A DNA stretch of 64,000 nucleotides from Bigelowiella natans CCMP2755 (GCA_000320545.1 ADNK01003302.1:62001-126000); one strand, 5' to 3'; counted from the stretch's first letter, positions 40,310 through 59,349 are shown. Numbers and translations are program-made. The notes: generated from the sequence alone by a model not told the origin.

Positions 40310-40946
40310 TAACAACATGGAAAGAAAGAAACCAACGTTTTTGGTTTGCTCCAGCATGCGAATATGCGATTGTACCACCAATAAACTGAACACTCAGCCT
40401 TATTATACATTTCATTTTTCTCTACCACTCTCATGATTATTCGTCATCAGCCACAAGTCGTATTCAGTGCACCACAATCACAGCAGCAGCAGCAGCCGCA
40501 AGTAGCACATTCTTCAGGGACAGCATACTACGCTCCCCCAACGCAGACAACGCCAACAACAGTGGTAGTAGTAGTCGCTCTTTCACACCAAAGATGCATG
40601 CCATCATCATCCCCTCCCGCCCCCCCTCTCATAAATTTGATTGTTGAAACTATAGCAGCAACCAACTGCTGCACAACTCCAAGCACAAATCAGGGCTGCT
40701 GCACAGCGAATGGATTTTGTTACGGCACAGAAACTAAAAGAGCAGCTTGATAAGCTCACAATCTCACAGCAGCAGCAGCAGCAGCAGGTGATCCTCTCGA
40801 CCGATTCTTTTCTGATTGCGACAAAGTACAATGTGTGATGCAAAAATGATATACATTCGTTCTTCTGAAGCATTCCTCCCGCCTTCTTTCATCTATAGGG
40901 TGCCAGTGCTCCACCGCCCTCTTTCGAGGCAGCAGTGTATAGATGA
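33527..40946 (+). CDS. Copine (C2-C2-vWA) with Pro/Gln-rich tail and C-terminal UVR-like coiled-coil; more than 20 short exons
   Basis: SCRNLINKDTFSKSDP, NLNPNF, second C2 domain (MDLFGRADPY...DWDK), IDFTASNGDP...SLHYI, YDSDNKYPVFGFGA, LSGPTYF, LLILTDG, LPLSIIIVGVGNADF, RDIVQFVP. One junction (37615-37827) is not phase-compatible with canonical GT-AG. Confidence 0.9.
37871..37957 (+). repeat. Direct tandem duplication (42/45 nt) in a copine intron
   Basis: acgacataagattcacacaaataatgaggtctccaatcagat occurs twice; the second copy has an extra aat. Confidence 0.9.
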
Positions 40947-41384
40947 GTTTTTGCGTGTAACGAGCTTCATATTGTGTAGCATAGCATACTTAGATCACAG
41001 AATGCTACCATCATTACATTATTCATATTCTGCACACGATCCATCTACTAGATCATACCTAGTAGTTTCACAGGCTTTGCAAGCTATGTGTGAATGATAT
41101 ACATCCTGCTGGACTTTACATGTGCGATATGTATATGTGTCCATACCGTTCAGTAGTGTTGCAAGACTATTCTTCAAGCTGTATTAGCAGCAGCAGAATA
41201 GCTTGTATTAGCAGCGCATTCTGCTGTGATGCGCGTGGAGCTTGGCTTCGATCATATGTATGCGGCTATTCTTGTACACCATGTACATGTATCTATGCAC
41301 AGCACTACGTGCTTAAATGCAAGTTGCGTGCTATAGTCGGATCACATTAGTGGTCGATGCTTGTTAATGTAACTCGTAGCATCG

Positions 41385-41493
41385 CGATGTGAGACGGATG
41401 TAATTAGCAAATGGGATCTTTACAAAGCTAGCTGCTAGAATGGTCATTCTAATCTAGCCATAATGTATGCAATGAAACTGCGGTACAGCACTT
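41385..41493 (-). repeat. Dispersed convergent-junction element, copy D
   Basis: Reverse complement aagtgctgtaccgcag...ttgcatacatta...attagaatgaccatt...aaagat...ttacatccgtctcacat. Confidence 0.65.
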
Positions 41494-41517
41494 GCATCGC
41501 GATCTAGCGATATGCGT

Positions 41518-41560
41518 GCTAGCTAGCTAGCTAGCTAGCTAGATAGCTAGCTAGATAGCT
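41518..41560. repeat. (GCTA)n / CTAG tetranucleotide array
   Basis: gctagctagctagctagctagctagatagctagctagatagct; self-complementary unit. Confidence 0.9.
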
Positions 41561-41909
41561 AATGAAGCCTAGCTTTGTGTCTAACCAGCGTACGCTAGTA
41601 CGTGCCGAAGTCACATGCACTCCACGCACTATAGTCTAGTACTGTGCACAGTCTAGCAGTGGCCTTCTAGCCTTTCTAGCTACGCTTTATTTCAATCTTA
41701 CTATGTCCCTGCCTACTAGCTGCGTGTGATCGACCACTTGACGCACATGCACAGCACTCGATCAGCAACGCTCTAGCTAGCGCTAGAATGTAGCGCATAT
41801 CTCTAGAGCTAGACATGCATGGCTAGATGGTGCAATAAACTATTGCAATATCTTAACATATTCCCCACGCATTTCTATGCAAAAACAACTCAACATGTAA
41901 GGTGATTGC

Positions 41910-43924
41910 TTATTCGTCTGTTACACATCCTTCGGATGCAGATTTCACAAGACGGACAAATTTTCCAAGCGTTCCCCTTTCAGCGGGGATTGGAGGTGGG
42001 GTGAATTTGGCCCTTCTCGCATCCATCTCTTCCGGACTCAATCTCACATCAATTGTAGCTTTCGTCTCCTTTGTGCTATCGTCAGGCACGATGATATCGA
42101 TCATATCCCCATCTTCAAGCAATGCAATTGGTCCCCCAACCTGCGCCTCACGAGTAACGTGACCGATAATAAAACCGTGAGATCCTCCCGGAGAAGCGAC
42201 CGTCGTGATCAGCGCACAGTCAAGATGCAGCCTGCTCCAACAATGGCTGATGTTGGTGTGAGCATTTCAGGCATTCCTGGCCCACCTTTTGGGCCCTCGT
42301 ATCTGATCACAATTACATGCTTCACTCCCTTCTTTATCTTACCATCCTCTAGAGCCTTTAGCATATCCTCCTCGGAGTCATATACAAGTGCCGAACCAGT
42401 AAAGTTGTTTCCTTCCTTTCCTGTGATCTTCGCTACTGCACCACCGGGAGCGACATTTCCGTAAAGAATGCGGATATGACCGGTGCTCTTAATCGGTTTC
42501 TCCAGCGGCATGATAATGTCCTGCGCCTGGAAGTCGAGATCCTTCTCCTCCTGGAGGTTCTCAGCAAGAGTTTTCCCGGTGCATGTCATACAATCACCAT
42601 TAATTAGCCCGCGCTGGAGTAGATACTTAAGGACCGCGGGAGTTCCTCCAATGCGATGCATATCTTCCATTACATATTTGCCGCTGGGCTTCAGGTCTGC
42701 TATGAAGGGTACCTTTTGACTGATTCTGTTAAATTCTTCGATGTCAAGTTTCACACCAGCCGAGCGAGCCATTGCGAGAAGGTGCAGAACCGCATTTGTA
42801 GACCCTCCGAGTGCCATGGTAATTACGATTGCGTTTTCAAAGGACTCTCTCGTCATTATATCCCGCGGTTTGATGTTGAGCTTGAGGAGGTTCTTGATAG
42901 CCTTCCCAACCTCAAGGCATTCATCCTGTTTCATCTGACTGTCCGCAGGAAATGATGACGAGTGTGGAAGCGACATCCCCATAGTTTCAATGGCAGTAGC
43001 CATTGTGTTCGCCGTGTACATTCCCCCGCAAGCACCAGGGCCTGGGCACGAGTTCCTAACGATATCTTTCCTTTCATCTTCATTCACACTGCCAGAAATG
43101 AACTGCCCATAGCTTTGGAATGCAGATACAATATCAAGTGTATCACCCGAAAGCTTGCTGCAACCAGCACGGATTGTTCCTCCGTACACCATGATGGAAG
43201 GACGATTAAATCTGGCCATGGCCATGACACATCCTGGCATATTTTTATCACAACCAGGTAGCGAAATGTTGGCGTCGTACCATTGCCCACCCATTACGGT
43301 TTCGATAGAATCAGCAATAAGATCTCGAGATTGTAACGAGAAGCCCATGCCCCTAGTCCCCATCGAAATACCGTCGCTAACACCGACAGTGTTGAAACGA
43401 TATCCAACCATTCCCTCTTTCTGAACACCCTCTTTCACCTACAATAACAAAAACTATTGAGCAAGTTGGGAACTTATTTTCAAAATCAATAAGAAACCTT
43501 TCCTGCGAGGTCCAGCAGGTGCATATTGCAAGGATTGCCCTCGTACCATACGCTAGAGATACCGACTTGAGGTTTTGCCATGTCCTCCTCTTTCAATCTG
43601 CAGGGGAAATTCAATTGGTTCTTAGAGGGTGTAGTACCAACTCGAGATAATACATACCCGGTTGCGTATAACATAGCCTGGGACGCACCTTGCTTTTTTG
43701 GCTGATTAATGCAACCAATGGTCAAGTCCTGCATACCCCCCCCCCACCCCCGCCCTCATTCAACACCCTTCATTAGTTTTCCATCATCATATTCGTAGAA
43801 CCTGCGTAATATTTTTACTGAATCTATTCAGTTCTTCCTCTTCTGTGGAGAAGCATCGAGTGATCTGGCTTCTTCGGTTGGTTAGTCGGCGCAGAAGGGC
43901 ACGGGGGGGGGAGACTCTCCACAT
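41910..43924 (-). CDS. ilvD: Dihydroxy-acid dehydratase with mitochondrial-type presequence; frame broken by indels at ~42185-42235
   Basis: Exons 43924-43802, 43701-43658, 43597-43498, 43438-41910. Motifs [56 protein letters not shown], [12 protein letters not shown]. Arg-rich acid-free N-terminus ends in RCFST. Confidence 0.9.
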
Positions 43925-44067
43925 CGTCGACAGCGAGAACAAGATCAGGAAATGGTGTTATTTTTATCTGACGACATATGTTTTTTTATTGTCGCAGTAT
44001 GAAAAGCAGACGCTCTTTTTCAAAGAGCGAGAGACAACCGAGGAGACTACTTGCCGGAGCAAATGTA

Positions 44068-45252
44068 GTTTTTCATCATTGTTCTCATGTCACACTTTGG
44101 AGATGATGTGGTTTTTCATCATTGTTCATTGTTCATTGCACTGCGTTTCGCACACTGCAATCATTGTCTTGCAACACTTTGGAAGTGCAGTTTGTCATCA
44201 TTGTTTCATGGTTTCACTTGGGGAGAAGCAGATCTGGTCGTTCAACACACAAAGTGTCTTTCTGCTTGCCGGGTTGTCTCCAGCTAGCCAGTGGTCGCAG
44301 CCTTGAAGGCAAAAATTCTCATTTTCTGTGGTGATGCAATTGATGCTGCTGAAATTGCGGAAATGATCACAATCAGTGATGCAGTTTTCTGCGCCGCGAT
44401 CGTTCTTGATGCAGAAACAGAAACACTTCTTCTTCAGTGACATTTTTCCCACACGCCGCAACGGTGCAGAACAAGTGCACGTCCTGTTTGTCTGTGCGAT
44501 GGAAGCCGCGACGAACACGCTTCGTGCATGCGAACCTGGGAATCAATGATTGATGTGTTCACTCATTGTTCGTTCCATCCCCAGCCAGCCAGCCGGCGTT
44601 CATTGGCACCCGGCGTGTGCAATGATGAAGAATCGAAGGCTGGAATTCCTGTCATTCACCTCGGACGATGAGTTGCTGTCGTGCGCCTGAGATGATGCGA
44701 TGGACAGAGTGCACTGGTGCAATGCATCCATTCCACGTTGAATTGAGCGCTAGCAGCTCTCTAGCTCTCCATCTTGCAATGATGTTGATGAGTGAGTGAT
44801 GAAGCAAGTCTTCCAGTCTTGACAAAAGTGGAAAATGTCTGATGAGCACCAGAGCATCTAGCTAGCTAGAGCGTGCTAGCATGCGATGCTGTGAGCATCT
44901 GATGAGTGCGATGCGTGCAATGAAGGCATGGAATCCGCAAATAGAATCGAATGTTGAATGAGCCCCATCATCGGAAAATCCCATGCAGAATGACTAGATG
45001 AATCCATGAAAATTCATGTGATGAACGAGGATGAAGATGTGCACGCACGATCATGCTCACATCGCATGAAGAATGAAATGCAAACCGCGTGCGTGCAGTG
45101 CTGCTAGAGTGTGCAAGCTGTTGCTGACGACAGCAACATGTCTAGGTGTGTGCTGGAGTTGGATGGCAACGTGCAACTGACACCATGCAAGCATGCGCGG
45201 TGCCATCTAGCCATGGCAGCAATGCCAAACAGCGCGATCGAGCATGAATCTT
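44068..45252. mobile_element. TpA-depleted intergenic tract, probable hypermutated repeat/transposon relic
   Basis: Hand count: 12 TA in ~1185 nt, of which 11 CTAG and 1 ATAG. Sharp return to TA-rich sequence at 45253. Internal triple repeat at 44064-44206. No coding homology recognised. Confidence 0.45.
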
Positions 45253-45512
45253 TACTCTCTAATCTTGTTTCATCAATGTGTTGAATAATTGATGTTCTAG
45301 TTTCTTTAATTTATTTTGAATTGGTTTATAAGTCAATTAACACGCTAATAAACGAATAATACGTGCAACCGCTCGAACTGTATGCTCTAACTTTAGAGTT
45401 ATCAAAATCCCAATGCAATGTGGAGTGGCCACGTTTTGGCTTAAATTTCTCAACTTTCAATATTAACTGCACCATTTATTCTTCATGATGAGAACTAACC
45501 AGCTGGAGGTTT

Positions 45513-48500
45513 TCACTCAATTGGAATTCCACGTTTAGGAACGTATGGGCCATCCCTTGGGACCATCGAAATACAGTCTATTACAGGACATACACTGAGG
45601 CATAGTGTACAGCCCGTACAATCTTTGTTGACGACTTCAGGAAGGTGAGTCATCGCATCAAAAGTTATTGCCTGATAGCCATTGTCATTGCAGGTCATGT
45701 AGCACTTACCACAATTGATGCAGAGATCTGGATCAATTTCTGCTATGACATGCTCCTTCTGGCTGAGCTCGTGCCATGCCCCAATGCGAGGAACAGCAGC
45801 ACCCACCACATCATTGATAGATGGGATAGCTTTGCTCGGTTGAGGTGATGGACGTGCACCAAAGTTAGCGGGAGGCATTGGCAGAGGCTCTTTCTTCCTG
45901 TTTTCTGCAGCCAGATGCTCCTTCTGTTTGTGGTAGGGACCGAAGTCGGGCAATCTGTGCTTACCAGGGTACGGCTTCACCCATGGGTTCTCACGCGCCT
46001 CCTCAATTGGGCGAGACTGGCCGTTCCAGTCGCTGAGGTCTTCTCGGGATTGCATATACAAAAGCGCTTGCAAGCCGGTGATGTAGTCCTGAACAACAGT
46101 GTAGTCTTGGTTTTGCACTGCACTGCAGATTTGCACGCCACTTGCACCAGCATGAAGGAATTGCATAGAAACGGCCGCGCTATCGGCTCCTCCAGTTGCC
46201 AGGATTGGGTATCCAGGGAGTGCCTTGGAGATGGCAGACACAGCTCGTAGGGCCATGGGACGGATGGCGTTACCGGAAATGCCTCCATATGTCGTGCGAG
46301 CTTCCGAGCCTACATTTGGCCAAGCCTTGGCCTCGCTGTTGAGATGCATCAATCCTGAGACGGTATTAATGGCAGTGACACCATCAGCTCCTCCAGCCTT
46401 GGCACGTTTGGCAATTTCCACGATATCAGTGATGTTTGGTGTAAGCTTTGCGAAGACTGGGACAGACTCCATTTTGCCATCTGGTCCTTTGCGGACAGCA
46501 GCCTTCTTAACCCAGCGGCAAATATCCTCCACATAGTCAGGGTTTTGACCACAGGCGAGACCCATACCCTTCTCTCCCATACCGTGCGGGCACGACATGT
46601 TAAGCTCGAGAGCGTCCGCGCCAGCCTCGACTGCGCCCTTAGCTAGGATCTCCCAGTCCTCCTGGTTGTAGGCAGCCATAACAGATGCGATGAGCACATT
46701 CTTCTCCTTTGGAAAGTCGGCCTTGAGCTCTCTAATCGACTGCTCCCAATACGCCTGCGACTTCTCAGAGATGAGCTCGATGTTCAGGAAGGACCCCTGC
46801 CCTGGGCCATAGAGCTCTCCCGAGGTAGCGCCGCGGACGATGCGCGGGGATACGTTTGTGACAATGTCCTTGTCGCGTCCGTAGGTTTTAGTGACAGCGA
46901 AACCCCATCCAGCTTCGAAAGCACGACGGATCATTGCAGAGGTGGTGGTAGGTGGAGCAGATGCGAGTCCGAAGGGGTTTGGGAGACGCAAGCCTTCGCA
47001 CACATCCACACTAAGATCCACTTGATCTACGGGGGTGCAGAATCCTGGCATCTCTGGCTCCTCAGGTACTGTGAGACCCTCGAGATCTTGAAGATACTTG
47101 TGCATGTACCATGCCGCCAGCTTTCCGTCTGCAGCAGCCTCAACCGTAAGTTTGGTAACACCTCCAAGATCTCCACCCACGAATAATGATGGCTCAGATG
47201 TCGATTGTGTCATAGGATCAACGACAGGGTAGCCCCATTTATCCATGTCGCACACTGCGGAGAGGCTATCACGAACAGGACCAGGAGCTAGCTCGCTGCC
47301 GAACGCTGAAATCACAGCGCAGCACTGGATTGATGCAGAGCCATTGTGCTCACCATCGCTGCTCTGGTTAGATTGGACCTCGAGTGACTTTATCTTGCCT
47401 GTTTTCTCATCGATGCGGACTGCAGTTGGCGAATGAAAGGGAAGCAATTCGCATTTTTCTTGAATAGCGACTTCAACCTCTTCTCGGCAGGCACGGATGC
47501 CCTGAAATCCTTTGCGGAAGATAACGTAAACACGTCCTGCACCGCATCTCAGAGCACTTGTGGCGCAGTCGAAGGCGGTATCCCCTGCTCCAAGCACGAC
47601 AACATCCCCGCCATTAAAGCGTGGAGGGGGCATAATTGGACGACCCATCTTTTCGTTTGCTTCTTTCATCTCAGGTTTGCTAGAAACAGCAGCGAGTGGT
47701 AAGAAGTCCTTACTGGTGTAAAAACCTTGCTTCATGGAAAGACCCTTGAATTCTTTAGTTATCTTCGGAGTGGGAAGTCCTACACCAACAAAGACCGCCT
47801 TGTAGCCATCCTTCTTAAGCGATTCGACAGTGAAATCCTTACCGAGCTCACGCCCCGTAACAATGTTGACACCAAGGTCTTTCATCAGCTCTGCCTCGTA
47901 CTTCACCATTTCATACGGCAATCTGAATGACGGGATCTCAGACGAGGAGAGGCCACCGATATGCGCATCTCTCTCAAAGATCGTGATATCTGTGTATCCT
48001 AGCCGAGCAAGGTAAGTTCCACAACTGATGGATGCTGGGCCGCATCCAACGAGGGCTATCTTGGCTTTGTAGGACTTGGGAAGGGATTCAACCGGTGGAA
48101 GCGACGGGTCTCGAATTTGCGGAATATTCATTGACATGAACGCTTCGGTTGCAAAATGTTGCAGTCCTCCAATGTTAATTCCTCCTTCTTCGGTTGCGGC
48201 AAGGTTGCAGCCACCAACGCACAACTCGCTCACAGGACACACCATTCCGCACGATATACCAACAGGATTGTCGGAGAATATCGTCTGATAACATTGAGGA
48301 GGCACGAAAGTAAATTAGAACTCTCACTCAATGAAAATAATTTGTTCTCTTGTTGTACACAGTAAAACACGTAACCCACAGTGTTGTTATGGGATCTATT
48401 CTTCAACTACCTTTGCTGCACCGTAAAAATTCTTGTTGGAAATCGAGGTAATGAAGGACTTAACGTCAACTTGAGAAGGACAGGACTTCTCGCAAGGAGC

Positions 48501-49249
48501 ATCGGCACATTTTAGACATCTTGCTGCTTCCTTAAGTCCCCCACGTTCAGATAGAGTGGAGTGCTGAGATGTACAGTTGTCATTAGAAGCTTCAATTTGA
48601 AAATAACAAAACCATACCAATTGACTTTAGAAGGAATCACAATGCATTACTAGATTAAGGTGAAGATAGGAAGGGAAGCATAAAGTCGTAATATATCTTC
48701 ATTTAGTTATTATGTCTCGTGGTATTTTTGTTTTGTGCCTAAATGAGTGTTTGACGGGGAGATGCTGCATGAAGTGTCGTCAAGTAACCTTAATGTCATC
48801 CCAATTATTATCAAGAGTTTCGGGGCTTGGCTCATCGTATCTTTTCCAATGCTCACGAGCAGCTTGAGTCTAACATTTAAAAAATATCAGCCTCTTTCTC
48901 CTTGGGAGCGGTTGAGGTGACTTGTTTTTGAAATATACCGTTGCAACTGGAACAACTTTAGCCCTTTTCATTCTCTCGGCCCTTGGGTTGAGATGGAGGA
49001 GATTTTGAACATAGTCATCATCCTGTATCATATTTGCGATAACCAACCGGATTATAAGGAGCCATGTTTGTAAACGAGGATGTTGGGTCGAACTCTGAAG
49101 TAACACACGGAAACCACCTTAGATTGGGATTTAACTTCAGTGGAGAAAGATCTAGCAATGATCCCTCTCTTCGCAACACTCCTAGGCTTCACAATGCGTG
49201 CGGGTGTGCATTGAAGCGAAACAGGAAGACCCTTGGCTAACTTAAGCAT
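45513..49249 (-). CDS. DPYD: Dihydropyrimidine dehydrogenase (full-length, animal-type) with N-terminal presequence
   Basis: Five exons (approx. 49249-49098, 49023-48939, 48869-48790, 48563-48411, 48284-45513). Motifs [19 protein letters not shown]...[32 protein letters not shown], catalytic [11 protein letters not shown], and C-terminal 2x[4Fe-4S] CINCGKC...CTGCTLC. Confidence 0.95.
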
Positions 49250-50023
49250 CGTCTAAAAAAGAGCGAGAGAGGGGAAGAGCCTCTCGCGATGCTGATTCTG
49301 GAATCTATGAGGCTTTGCTTTTACAAATAAATCCTGTGGAAATCATATTCAATTCTTGAGGAAGACAACCCTTTTACATATGTCGCATGCGATAAATCAG
49401 AATTAATGGTGTCCGTTGCCAAACTCTCTGCTGATGGACACGACATTTCTCCCTTGTTTTTTTATGAAGTTTCCCGAATATGATTGCGGCAACCGTACCT
49501 TCGGCTATAAAAGCGGAGTATCCTTTAGATACAGGCCCAGCCAAATTCGCCACATACCGTACCACCTCAAGGAGATGTAAGAAGTTTCAAAAAAAAAGCA
49601 AAAAGAAAAGCGTTTTTCCCTGTCGTCTACGTGGTTTGTGCGCTTCAGTAGGAATTCCGGGACTACCTGCCAGAATTCTTCGACGATCATGGAAGTTCAG
49701 AAGTCGCAAGATAAAAATACTGGCTATTCATGCATCAAATTTAGAATTTAAGTTGACCGGTTTCCATCCTATAGAATGCAACGAAGTTGCGATCTAGTGG
49801 AACAGATCAAATGATCTTATCAGGAAAAGAGTGATAATTTTTTGGATGTTTCAAGCATCAAATATTATCTGGAAAAAGGAGAATGCTGCGATTCAATGAA
49901 CTCTTATTTTGAAAACATTCCCTTGTCTTAGTGATAAAATGCCCTCCTTGCTGCATTTGTCGTTGTCGAAACCGAATTTAGCTAATTCAGTAACCGGCCC
50001 GCGGGCGCTTGGGCGTGTTTGTA

Positions 50024-50058
<35 letters not shown>

Positions 50059-50329
50059 AAGTCGGAAGGGCTACAGGCAAAGCAAAAGACACGAATTACT
50101 TTACAAGGAATCATATGAGGCACCACCAAGACCTCGAAAAGTCGAGAAGATAAGCATCAGATACCATAAGAGCTTGAAGGTATTTGTCCTGTCTTTCGGA
50201 ATTATCATAATATCTAATCTTACTTTCTTCTGAACAGTTTATACTGGCGTCACATCTGTTGAGAAGCTATCGTCTCGTTTCTTGCAATTATTGAGATAAA
50301 TTCAAAACATTGATTCCCCGCGGGAGAAT

Positions 50330-56769
<6,440 letters not shown>

Positions 56770-57316
56770 GTGGCTATGAGCATGGTCTGAACCGCCACAA
56801 AGCGGGGATCTGTACCACCACAAAGCGGAGATATTGGAAATTCTGTGATGTTCTAGCCGGCGACGTTGTCGTCCTCATTTGTTCGTGTTGTCGGTTTATA
56901 TTGTATATGGCCAAACATGAGTTGCATGGCGTGATACTGAGGTCTTTCTAGGTTGCATAAAACAAACTAAAAGGCTGCGTAATTTTTTAGAATGCGTTAT
57001 GTTCTCATCAGATTTCGCCGCTTGATCGCAGCATTAATCAACCATGGCCATGTCAGATAATAATTTTTTCGCCTGCATCGTTATATATATTTGACACTTT
57101 CGACTCTCACATGCATGAATGACAGAACAGCAAAACGAACATATGTAACTTGAGTGATGTAACCGCTGCTTTGCATGACTAGATGCATGAAGATGACGAT
57201 TGAAAAAAATGACTGTTCGCTGCATCCCTAGATCCGTCTGCCATGCACATGTGTATAGCGAATATGTTTATGTGTGATTGCGGAGACCAATGAGACCAAT
57301 GCAACAAACAAAATCT

Positions 57317-57388
57317 GAGCGCTGCAGCCGCAGCATTGGGATGACAATTGAAAGAATACAATTCATTCATTGCAACCGTCTCATATGC
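57317..57388 (+). repeat. Dispersed convergent-junction element, copy C
   Basis: gagcgctgcagccgcagcattgggatgacaattgaaag...ttcattgcaaccgtctcatatgc. Confidence 0.75.
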
Positions 57389-57883
57389 ATGTGCCTAGTG
57401 CTGTCGTAGCTGTGTGCACGTAGCCATTGTGGCATGCCGCCTTTCAATAAGTGTCGGTGTAGTAGTCAGCGCGCTGCTCATGCAACGAATGTTGATGTTG
57501 GTCCTTCCGGGCACCATGCATTTCATCATGTGCAAAGAATGTCGTGCGTTTTTTCGTTCATTTGCTTGCTGTTGCATGCATGCTCACGGTGATTTAATGC
57601 TGAGCAGGCGGGCACGGAAATGCTGCTTTGCTACGTCTCCAATGGGAGCTGTCCTCTTAGATCGCGCTGTTATTCCTTCATCTTGCCTTCTAGATCGGTT
57701 ACTGCTTTAAACGAGTCAATGATGCTATTTTGTCTTCGGCGATGCAAGTAACAACTGCAAGTAACAGACAACGGTTGCTAATAATTTCTAGCACGTCGCC
57801 AATTTTGATGGCCGGCGGTTCTGGAACAAGCAGAACTCATAAACCATTTTAGGCGACAGATGTCCTTTTCATCATCATCTTTG

Positions 57884-59180
57884 TTATTCGTATTGAAATG
57901 GGCGACTGGTGTTGTATTCGATGCCCTTGAACACTTCCTGCACCTGAAGCAAGTTTAGGTGTTAATACTTAGTAGTAGTAGTAGTAGTAGTATCAGCAGA
58001 GTTGAGTGCGGTAAAGCCTTTCATCATTTCGTGATTTTACGGACCATCGTACCTTGTCTCTGTCCTCAGACTTAAGCGGTTTCCGAGACTTTCCCATAAT
58101 CTGTTCCTCCGCGGCGTAGAGTGGGTTGAAATTAAGCTCCTTGCCAGTAGGAAGAGGGAAAAGAATTAGAATGAGATTCAGCGCTGCCGATGAGAAGGTG
58201 CTAGCTGCTGCTGCTGCTGCTGCCTTAAACAACAATTACAACATACCTCTAGATTTGGCATAATAGGTGGCTTTGCTGATTTGCTTTTCACCTGTTTGAG
58301 GGGTACAACGACAGAGACGATAACGACGCCATAAATAATGTAGGATATCCAATCAAACTTATGATTTTAGGTCTGAATCTTGAGAGTTTTCAATCATTAC
58401 TTCTTCCCAGTCGAAGCCCTCATCATTCTGAGAGAACCACGGGTGCTCCTTCACTTCTTCCCAGAAGTTTTCAAACCCTGCGATTATTTCTTTATTTCCT
58501 CATTTATTCATTTATAATGATATGTATGGTAAAAAAAGAAAGAGCAACAACCAAAAATGAGAAAGGGGGGGCTGTACGCTCGCAATAGCATGTTGTTTGA
58601 GCGGAATAAGAACGAGAATGCGAGTGATAATAATAATAAAGCCATCAGCATCCAATGCTCAGCCCAACAACCATAACCTAAGCGTTTTGCTTCCTCAAAT
58701 GCACAGAGACGTCGAATAAGGTCACGACACTCCGAAGACACATTCTTTGGCAGCCATGGAGTAGGAAAGTTCTCCCTTTTTACCTGTTGTTAGCATTGAT
58801 CGGTCATCAGCAATGGACAGAAAGACTGACAAGTACAGATTAACAAACGACTTGTAATGCATGGATTGAAAATTCGTCTTCTCGTTGTGAAATCTATATT
58901 GTTGTTGATAGATGATATCATATGAGGGACGAAGTAGGACAGTGATAAAGGGCTGTTACTATGGAAACTAGGAAGAGGATATTGCCACATCATTATCGAC
59001 ATCATCGTCATCATCATCATCATCATCATCGTCGTCATCATCTAAATACTGAGTTCTTATCCATTAGCTTCGTGCTGAAAGGAGTCGTCTTCGATATCAG
59101 CCGTGCAAGTGTAGCTCCGAACGTGAAGAAGTCAGGCATAAACCCATACGATTTCATATTGATCAACTGCAACATCGTTA

Positions 59181-59211
<31 letters not shown>

Positions 59212-59282
59212 CGATGATGATGACGACACATCATCGGCTAAGCTGTGCATTTGCTGTCCTCTTAGCAACCACTTTACTTTAT

Positions 59283-59349
<67 letters not shown>

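Noticed and set aside
44068-45252. Classical CpG-deamination or fungal RIP explanation for the TG/CA excess
   Set aside because: CpG remains frequent and TpA, the product of RIP, is the dinucleotide that is missing.
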